Positions 1-6,356 of a stretch of 16,350 bases of DNA are shown piece by piece. The translations under genes and the position numbers were made by a program. Source of the stretch: Planctomycetota bacterium (lineage in GTDB: Bacteria > Planctomycetota > GCA-002687715 > DRQF01); NCBI GenBank assembly GCA_027001995.1, contig JALTLO010000102.1:1-16350 (forward strand), in the 5' to 3' direction. A model generated the notes under the pieces. That model did not search any database and had not been told where the DNA came from. It worked only from the letters and a program-made list of their open reading frames with translations. Numbering within the stretch: the first letter of the stretch is position 1; each line of letters starts with the position of its first letter.

Positions 1-2
1 CC

Positions 3-293
3 TCTATCACTCTTGATGCGGCCGCAGGCGATATAAATCTTACTCCAGCTTCATCCTATGATATTAATGTTCCAGCAAACATTGGGTTAACTTTTGGTGA
101 TGATGGTGACATGGAGCTGTACCGGGAATCCAGCGATCCGGGGGCGAATCTGGTGGTGGTGAGCACCCAAGGAGTCGCCGTCGATGGGGATGAAGTGCGG
201 GCCAAGGCCATTATTTACGACAGATCCCGGGCTCTTTGCGGTGAACTAGGGCTTCATGTCCGGAATTTGCCGAATTCCCCGGGTTTGTCGTGA
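3..293 (+). CDS. Partial open frame running in from the window edge; first ~36 codons resemble a phage tail-fibre-like segment; possibly chimeric
   Basis: Frame 3 is open from base 3 to TGA 291-293: SITLDAAAGDINLTPASSYDINVPANIGLTFGDDGD-MELYRESS... Hand count gives about 43% GC over 1-110 and about 64% over 111-210. Confidence 0.3.
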   Translation, partial: SITLDAAAGDINLTPASSYDINVPANIGLTFGDDGDMELYRESSDPGANLVVVSTQGVAVDGDEVRAKAIIYDRSRALCGELGLHVRNLPNSPGLS

Positions 294-296
294 TCT

Positions 297-322
297 GAGA
301 ATATTACTTCAGCTTTGAGAAT
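297..322 (+). promoter_or_regulatory. Putative ECF sigma-dependent promoter (GAGAATAT-N14-GAAT) of the membrane protein-kinase-ECF-ZAS operon
   Basis: GAGAATAT 297-304, 14-nt spacer, GAAT 319-322; identical boxes and spacing at 4180-4205; 30 nt before ATG 352. Confidence 0.6.
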
Positions 323-351
323 CAGAGATGGAGTTTTTGGAGTTCGATGCC

Positions 352-1623
352 ATGTCTGCTTCGCAGAACAAAACTAGCGGTAGGTTGGGTAAGCTGTTCA
401 TGGGAGTTGTCTGCCTGTTGGGAATCGCTATTTCCCTTATGGCCTTCATGGTGGATCGCTTTTCGGTCCAAGCTCGAAACGATCTTCGTGTGGCGAATGA
501 AACTTCTCAAATGGCTCAGCAAATCAGGTCTCAGCGCAACTCCCGATCAGATACGCCTAACTCTCCTTATGCATCTGAGGATGTCCCATCCACTCTTTTG
601 GTTCATGATCAAGGGCGAGGAGAACAAGCTGCCAACAAGCTTGCAGTTCGAGAGAAAGTCTTCGAAGCCAAATCAGCGGAATTCTGGCAGCCGAACCGAG
701 CTCCCGAAGGTGGATACGACATAGAGCGCTCCATCGACCGGGCGGCGAGGGCCATAGCTAAACGAATTTGTGACGATGCTCATGAGCGGGCTCGGCGTGA
801 TTGGGAGATCGATACAATCGCGATCTCTGCTGATCCCAGTACCGGTGATTCCACCACGAATCGCAAAATTGTGCGGCGGGTGGCATCGCAAATTCGGGTG
901 CTGACCAATCTTTATGTAGCCGAAGGTGAGGAGTTGATTTCATCTCAGCTCTATCTGGTTTCGGGTCAGATGCGCTCGGGGTGGGGGCGGGTCATAGAGG
1001 CTGTGAGTGACGATAAACGTTTCGGCGTATCCGTGATTGTTGATGATAAGATGCTTCCCATGCTCGAGATTCCTAAGAACTGGGAGGGGCGCTGGGAGAT
1101 TAGTTTCCATACGGACAATCAGATGAGCGCGGAATTTGCTCGGGCTGATGCTATGGATGGTTTGTACGCCAGGATAGCCACCCGTCTGTGGATTATTGCC
1201 CGATCTGAAAACGATGTGGCACCAGAAGATAAAGACGAATTCATGATGTTGGTCAGGCGTCACTATCCCCTTGATCTTCTCGTGGGCATGGGACGTCGAG
1301 CTCTCCAGCCCATTCGTGTGATCATGGAAGATGAGGATGGAAACGCGGATGCTGTCTACTATCAAACTGAAGTCGTTTGGTCGGGGAAGAACAACCAGTT
1401 ACGAGGATACTCGGATGCCATCGCTGATATGATTCGCACACGCAAGCGCGCGCCATTTGTACGATTAGGCCTGTCTCTCGGTCTGTGCGTCCTATCGCTT
1501 TTGACATGGTTGAGGGTCGATTGGTGGTTGAAAGGTCACTATTCCCTCATGAACAAGGTTACATTTGTTACTCTAACAGCCTTCTTTGTGGCTGTTGTTT
1601 GGAATTACCCACTCCATGGTTAA
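352..1623 (+). CDS. Hypothetical membrane protein (one N-terminal TM, large probably extracytoplasmic domain, two C-terminal TMs); candidate sensor
   Basis: Long ORF (track start 328; ATG 352 preferred because GGAG 339-342 lies 9 nt upstream). Hydrophobic segments LFMGVVCLLGIAISLMAFMV, LGLSLGLCVLSLLTWL, VTFVTLTAFFVAVVW. Confidence 0.85.
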   Translation: MSASQNKTSGRLGKLFMGVVCLLGIAISLMAFMVDRFSVQARNDLRVANETSQMAQQIRSQRNSRSDTPNSPYASEDVPSTLLVHDQGRGEQAANKLAVREKVFEAKSAEFWQPNRAPEGGYDIERSIDRAARAIAKRICDDAHERARRDWEIDTIAISADPSTGDSTTNRKIVRRVASQIRVLTNLYVAEGEELISSQLYLVSGQMRSGWGRVIEAVSDDKRFGVSVIVDDKMLPMLEIPKNWEGRWEISFHTDNQMSAEFARADAMDGLYARIATRLWIIARSENDVAPEDKDEFMMLVRRHYPLDLLVGMGRRALQPIRVIMEDEDGNADAVYYQTEVVWSGKNNQLRGYSDAIADMIRTRKRAPFVRLGLSLGLCVLSLLTWLRVDWWLKGHYSLMNKVTFVTLTAFFVAVVWNYPLHG

Positions 1624-1705
1624 GTCCGAAGAAAAATTGACGGTTTCAGGGGTCTCCCCTCAAGTGGGCGACACCGCGCGTGACCTCAGCGAGAAAAGGC
1701 AAGAG

Positions 1706-2998
1706 ATGGATTGGGAAAGCTTCTTCACACACTATCGCAAGCCCGGTTTTATTCCAGGCTATGAGATCGTCAACAAGCTGGGCAGTGGTGTCTTTGGCGA
1801 GGTCTACAAGGCCCGCAAGGAATCCATCGGCAAGTTTTACGCCATCAAATTTCTGAAAGTCTCGGACGAAAAAGTCAGCGAGGCTATCTTTAAGGAGTTG
1901 GAGTCCCTTCGCTACTTTGCGCAGATTGACCACCCCCACTTGGTTAGCATTGAAGATCAAGGGGAAGTCATGGGGATTCCCTATATCGTCATGGGCTATG
2001 CCGGGGATAACACCCTTAAGAAACGATTGAAGGATGGGCCTCTGCCTCTTGCGGATGTGGCAGCTATCTTGCGTCAAGTTTGTTCTGGGGTTGCAGCGCT
2101 TCACGAAAAATCAATCATTCATTTTGATTTGAAGCCAGCCAATATTTTCATGAAGGGTGACCATGCTCGGGTGGGGGACTACGGACTTTCGAAATTGGTG
2201 AGCGAGTCTCACATGACCATGTCCATCGGTCGGGGTACGCCTTACTACATGGCTCCGGAAATGCTGACCCGTAAAGGCGATCATCGCAGTGATGTTTATT
2301 CTCTGGGGACCATCGTTTACGAGATGGTCACAGGGGACGTGCCCTTCAAGGGCGACAGCGAATGGGAAGTCTTGAAGAAACACGAGAGCGAGAATGTGTC
2401 TATTCCCGCCAATGTGGAAGAACCGTTTCGGAGTATCATTTTGCGGGCCATGGCCAAGGAACCGGACCAGCGGTTTCAATCGGCCTCTGAGATCCTTCAG
2501 ATGTTAGATGGCCACGCTGTTGTAGCTTCCACGTCAACCCCGACACCTATGCCCGCACCCACGAAAGACGATTCTTCACCACTAGGAGGAATCGTACCAC
2601 CGCCGTTGCCCATTAAGAAATTAGCTGCAGGGAGGCAGGCACGCCGGGTGGGGCGTCGAGTGCGCAAGAACCTTGAGGGCGTTTTGGAGCAGATCCAGTC
2701 TGCTGGGGGCGACGCTCGGAAAATCGTAGAAGGTGTGAAGAGGGGGATCCCCAAAAAGCCTCTGAGCGACTCCTTCTACTCGGACTTTGAAGAGCCAGAA
2801 GCTGCTCTCCAGGGGGGCGAAAAGCCAAAGAAACAGACTTTTATTCTGTTTCGACCCATAAAGGCTCTGTTTCGGGCTGTGTGTAAAGGGTTAGGCGTTT
2901 TCTTTACAAACTTTTTCCGCTACGCTCTCGTCATTGCAATTACGATTGGGCTCGCAACTCTGATTCACGCCGCTCTTGAGGGCCAACTCGGAAGCTGA
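1706..2998 (+). CDS. Hanks-type serine/threonine protein kinase, non-RD (HFD), with C-terminal membrane anchor
   Basis: GSGVFGEV glycine loop, YAIK lysine, IIHFDLKPANI catalytic loop, DYG, GTPYYMAPE, SDVYSLG; Pro/Thr-rich linker; C-terminal hydrophobic YALVIAITIGLATLIHAAL. Start ATG 1706 or ATG 1616 (just upstream of the previous gene's stop). Confidence 0.95.
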   Translation: MDWESFFTHYRKPGFIPGYEIVNKLGSGVFGEVYKARKESIGKFYAIKFLKVSDEKVSEAIFKELESLRYFAQIDHPHLVSIEDQGEVMGIPYIVMGYAGDNTLKKRLKDGPLPLADVAAILRQVCSGVAALHEKSIIHFDLKPANIFMKGDHARVGDYGLSKLVSESHMTMSIGRGTPYYMAPEMLTRKGDHRSDVYSLGTIVYEMVTGDVPFKGDSEWEVLKKHESENVSIPANVEEPFRSIILRAMAKEPDQRFQSASEILQMLDGHAVVASTSTPTPMPAPTKDDSSPLGGIVPPPLPIKKLAAGRQARRVGRRVRKNLEGVLEQIQSAGGDARKIVEGVKRGIPKKPLSDSFYSDFEEPEAALQGGEKPKKQTFILFRPIKALFRAVCKGLGVFFTNFFRYALVIAITIGLATLIHAALEGQLGS

Positions 2999-3037
2999 GC
3001 CCACGGATCGGTTTTCTGACAATGGATCACATGCACC

Positions 3038-3673
3038 GTGCCCAGAAATAAAAACGACTACGACATAGGGAAACTCCAAGATCACGATGAACGTGAGTGG
3101 CAAGATCTGCAAACGGACTACCATCGTCGCATCTACTTTTACGTGAAGCGTCAGGTTGGCAACCCAGACGCTGCGGAAGATGTCACGTCTGAAACTTTCT
3201 TGGGGGCTCTTCGAGGCATCGGACGCTTTGATGAGCGTTACAATATCGAACAATACCTGTTCGGAATCGCCCGCAAGAAAGCCATAGATTGGCTGCGAAA
3301 GTCAGGGCATGAAACCCAGATGTCCTCCAAAGACGATGATTCCTCCAGCTTCTTCGCCAGCATCCCAGCAGCGGGTATGTCACCCACGCAGCTCTCGATT
3401 GTTCGGGAGAAGATTGGGCGGCAACGGGGCGCTCTGGTGGAGATTCTCCAAGAGTATGTGGGCGACCTGTGGGAGTCTAGAGATTTTAGGCGGCTTAAGA
3501 CCGTCGAGCTTGTTTTCCTCAGGAATTGGAAGCATAAGCCCATCGCGGAACTGCTTGGCTATCAGGACGAGAAATCCGTTGCTGGTGTGAAGTTTCGGGC
3601 GATTCGTGATTTTCAGGATCGACTGAGAAATAGAGACCCGAATCATTCCCTATTTTCAAAGCTCTGGGAGTAA
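3038..3673 (+). CDS. ECF-type RNA polymerase sigma factor (kinase-associated, planctomycete-type)
   Basis: Sigma2 region (RIYFYVKRQVGNPDAAEDVTSETF...YLFGIARKKAIDWLRK) and sigma4 HTH (VELVFLRNWKHKPIAELLG...SVAGVKFRA); 211 aa, no regions 1 or 3; GTG start. Confidence 0.93.
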   Translation: MPRNKNDYDIGKLQDHDEREWQDLQTDYHRRIYFYVKRQVGNPDAAEDVTSETFLGALRGIGRFDERYNIEQYLFGIARKKAIDWLRKSGHETQMSSKDDDSSSFFASIPAAGMSPTQLSIVREKIGRQRGALVEILQEYVGDLWESRDFRRLKTVELVFLRNWKHKPIAELLGYQDEKSVAGVKFRAIRDFQDRLRNRDPNHSLFSKLWE

Positions 3674-3676
3674 ACC

Positions 3677-4090
3677 ATGTCAAATTGCCCACCAGCCAGC
3701 GACCTAGTTGACGCTGTTGAATCGGGGACTATGAACCTAGTTCTAGATGACCATGTTGAACTTTGCTCTGCTTGTCGATCTATGTTGTCGAGCTTGCGGG
3801 AAGAATCTGAAGGACTGACTATCAGTGTAGGTGACCTTTGGGTGAAGGAGCGCATTTCTTGCCCTCATCGTGATATTCTCTTGGCTTTCGTCAACAAGTC
3901 ACTCTCAAAGCAAGAGATGGACTACATTGACTTTCATCTCAACCAGATCGCCTGTCCCTACTGCCAAGCTGAGGCCACTGAGTTAGAGGATTTGATGTCC
4001 AAGGAAAGTGCAAAGAATCTGGAAGATTCCCTGGAGCGTTCCTTGCGTCGCTCAGCGGCTGTCTTGGCTGAAGAGAGGCAGGGTAGTTGA
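3677..4090 (+). CDS. Small soluble protein with two zinc-binding anti-sigma (ZAS)-like modules; putative anti-sigma factor
   Basis: C4-x21-H26-x3-C30-x2-C33 and C62-x24-H87-x5-C93-x2-C96; starts 3 nt after the sigma stop; no TM segment. Confidence 0.85.
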   Translation: MSNCPPASDLVDAVESGTMNLVLDDHVELCSACRSMLSSLREESEGLTISVGDLWVKERISCPHRDILLAFVNKSLSKQEMDYIDFHLNQIACPYCQAEATELEDLMSKESAKNLEDSLERSLRRSAAVLAEERQGS

Positions 4091-4133
4091 CTTAAGTTGT
4101 TTCGCAATCATTGCATACGAGCATCACAGTAAG

Positions 4134-4170
4134 AAGCGCTGCCAGGCCATCTGGCAGCGTTTTTTGTTTT
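4134..4170 (+). terminator. Rho-independent terminator of the kinase/ECF operon
   Basis: Stem CGCTGCCAG 4137-4145 / CTGGCAGCG 4151-4159, loop GCCAT, followed by TTTTTTGTTTT. Confidence 0.9.
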
Positions 4171-4179
4171 GAAATTGAA

Positions 4180-4205
4180 GAGAATATCTGTTGACCTCAT
4201 CGAAT
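4180..4205 (+). promoter_or_regulatory. Putative ECF sigma-dependent promoter (GAGAATAT-N14-GAAT) of the PspA-like gene
   Basis: GAGAATAT 4180-4187, 14-nt spacer, GAAT 4202-4205, just after a terminator; same boxes and spacing as 297-322. Confidence 0.6.
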
Positions 4206-4263
4206 GCTCCTTCAGTCCCGACCGACCATATGGGTCGGCCCAGCACACAAGGAGTTCGAAATC

Positions 4264-5097
4264 ATGTTCAAGAAATTGGCAATGACTGTCGTCGCCGCAT
4301 CTGTCTTGGCGTTCATTTTCTTAGGTAGTTCGGCCTTTAGCCACATTTCTCAAGGAGTGGGTTGGGTCAGAGGCCAAGTCGCAGAAAAGGTTCCAGTCGA
4401 ATATAAGTTGAAGAAGGCTCGTCAGGCCATCAAGGCAGCGGAGCCTAAGATCAGGAAATACAACCGCGATATCGCCGAGAAGCAAGTAGAGATTCGCTAC
4501 CTGGAGCGGGAATTGGCCCAGTTGAGGCATGAACAGGCCCAAGCCCGCCTCACCCTCAAAGCTCAATGGCAGACTCTGCAAGTGGAGAAAGCGTCTTATC
4601 GCTTCCTTGGTAATACAGTCAGCCGCAAGAGCATGCGCCAAGACGCTGCACTCCGGTTTCGCCGTTTGAAGTCTGGGGACCAATTGGTCGCCAGCAAGAC
4701 TGAGCGTTTGGCCGCACTTCAAAATGGGCTCAGCCATATCCATGAAGCTTTAGAAAGCTTAGGCAATAAACGAGAAGAATTGATCACCCTTTGTGACGTC
4801 TTGGAGGCCAAGATGCGTGAGACAGAGGCAAAGAAGGCCGCCACAATGGATATCTATGTCGATCAAGACCACAGCGACTTAGTGGAGGCCGCAGAAATCT
4901 TGGCCAATGTTGAGAAACAATTGGATGTGGAAATGCAAGTGATGGAAAATAATCGGCCTTTGCTGGGGGAAAGCCGTATCGTCATTGAGACGCCTTTGGA
5001 CTTGAACTCTCAAATTTCCTCCTATCTGGAAGGTGAGACCAGTGGAGATGCTGGTGAGGAATCCGTCATAGCGACGAGCTTGGTCGACGTGCGCTAA
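4264..5097 (+). CDS. PspA/IM30-like coiled-coil protein with N-terminal signal peptide or membrane anchor
   Basis: AAGGAG RBS before ATG 4264; MFKK plus hydrophobic LAMTVVAASVLAFIFLG; long K/E/Q/A/L-rich helical body with PspA-like segments (FSHISQGV...AEKVP; DHSDLVEAAEILANVEKQLD). The CDS is solid; the family call is by eye. Confidence 0.75.
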   Translation: MFKKLAMTVVAASVLAFIFLGSSAFSHISQGVGWVRGQVAEKVPVEYKLKKARQAIKAAEPKIRKYNRDIAEKQVEIRYLERELAQLRHEQAQARLTLKAQWQTLQVEKASYRFLGNTVSRKSMRQDAALRFRRLKSGDQLVASKTERLAALQNGLSHIHEALESLGNKREELITLCDVLEAKMRETEAKKAATMDIYVDQDHSDLVEAAEILANVEKQLDVEMQVMENNRPLLGESRIVIETPLDLNSQISSYLEGETSGDAGEESVIATSLVDVR

Positions 5098-5124
5098 AAT
5101 TAGACCTATGGTTCGCCAGAATGC

Positions 5125-5163
5125 AAAAAAGACCCCGGAGACCAGTGGTTCTCTGGGGTTTTC
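5125..5163. terminator. Rho-independent terminator, possibly bidirectional
   Basis: A6 tract 5125-5130, stem ACCCCGGAGA 5132-5141 / TCTCTGGGGT 5150-5159 (one G-U), then T run. Confidence 0.8.
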
Positions 5164-5277
5164 TCTTGGATTATGGCTTCGGAGCTGTCTTGTTGTGAGA
5201 TTTCTTGGCAATTTAGCCTAACCTGTTCGTGAGATCGTGAATAATTCGGGTCAAGCGAACAGGATAAAATGAGGCCC

Positions 5278-5305
5278 TTGCGACCATGGCGTGAAAGCTT
5301 AATAT
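5278..5305 (+). promoter_or_regulatory. Possible sigma70-type promoter
   Basis: TTGCGA-N16-TAATAT upstream of the GAGGAG RBS (5323-5328) and GTG 5335. Confidence 0.3.
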
Positions 5306-5334
5306 TCGTCAACCGAGGGTCTGAGGAGATAAGA

Positions 5335-6141
5335 GTGACTGATAGTACAAATAGCAAAGACGAAGCTCGCGATGAGCATGGTAATCTTCTGAGTCTTGCC
5401 AGCAAGGCAGACAGTCGGAAACCAGAAGACGTCCGCGATGGGGCCTGGCGTAAGGCTCGCATTGCCGCAGGCCACATGGTTGTCATCCGATCGCATTTTA
5501 AGTCCATCTTCTTGATCCCCCTAGCCATCATTTCCTTGGTTTGTGGCATTGCCGTGACCATGAATCCTGATGCTGACAATTGGCGTCACGCCTGGGGACT
5601 TATTTGGATTTTCGGTTTTATGTTCTACATGAACATTTTCATCTTTGAATGGAACCGTGCCTGGACCATCGTTCTCTTGGGAGGGATGGTGACCACGGTG
5701 GCCATCATGTTTGCCATAAATTCCGATGCCCTTCCGGTCTTCTCTGGGTTGTGGGACTGGCTCAAAGGCCTGAAATTAGATTTGAGTCCTCAGGCCTATA
5801 TGTTCTTCTTCATGTTTTTTGCCTTCTGCGCCGCTGTCTCGTGGATCAAAACCCGTTTGAATTATGTGGTGATCGAGCACAATGAGATGCAGATCTATCG
5901 CAATGCCTTCTTTGGCGACCGGGAACGTATCTCCATGATGAATCCACGGATTGAAGTCAAAGTTCAAGACATGGTGGAGTATTTCCATCCCTTCTATCGC
6001 TCAGGAACTGTTGTTGTTCATGCACCAACCAAGACGATTATCCTCGACAACGTTCTGGGCATTCGCAGAATTGAGCGGATCACGGATCGTCTGGGAAGCA
6101 CCTTGAGTGTCCGCGTTGAGAATGAAGGCCATCCCAACTAA
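5335..6141 (+). CDS. Multi-pass membrane protein (about 4 TM) with C-terminal bacterial PH-like domain
   Basis: GAGGAG RBS plus GTG 5335 (track start 5269); four hydrophobic segments, then a beta-rich tail YVVIEHNEMQIYR...SGTVVVH...IILDNV resembling bPH domains (by eye). Confidence 0.8.
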   Translation: MTDSTNSKDEARDEHGNLLSLASKADSRKPEDVRDGAWRKARIAAGHMVVIRSHFKSIFLIPLAIISLVCGIAVTMNPDADNWRHAWGLIWIFGFMFYMNIFIFEWNRAWTIVLLGGMVTTVAIMFAINSDALPVFSGLWDWLKGLKLDLSPQAYMFFFMFFAFCAAVSWIKTRLNYVVIEHNEMQIYRNAFFGDRERISMMNPRIEVKVQDMVEYFHPFYRSGTVVVHAPTKTIILDNVLGIRRIERITDRLGSTLSVRVENEGHPN

Positions 6142-6171
6142 GAAGACTTAAAGGCTCAAACGAAGAAAATT

Positions 6172-6206
6172 GTGCCCGAATCACCCGTTGGTTCGGGCAT
6201 TTTTTT
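6172..6206 (+). terminator. Rho-independent terminator
   Basis: Stem TGCCCGAA 6173-6180 / TTCGGGCA 6192-6199 followed by T7. Confidence 0.88.
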
Positions 6207-6356
6207 AGGCTAACTCTTGGGGAACTCTCCCGTTGACTGCCTGAGCTATAGGGCATTCTGTCGATGAACTCTCGGTGTCAGAGAATGCTGATCTTTGGCC
6301 CCTGTGCATGCAAGAATCCGCTGCTACTATGGCGAAACACCTGTTGGAGTGAATCA

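Noticed and set aside
1706..2998. Kinase as a pseudokinase because of HFD/DYG
   Set aside because: Glycine loop, Lys, alphaC Glu, catalytic Asp/Asn and the Mg-binding Asp are all present.
5222..5263. GTTCG/CGAAC half-sites as a Gram-positive-type LexA box
   Set aside because: Order and spacing are wrong; the box is CGAAC-N4-GTTCG.
5238..5263. GTGAATAA...GAAC as a third copy of the ECF motif before the 5335 gene
   Set aside because: Spacer is 12 rather than 14 nt and both boxes mismatch.
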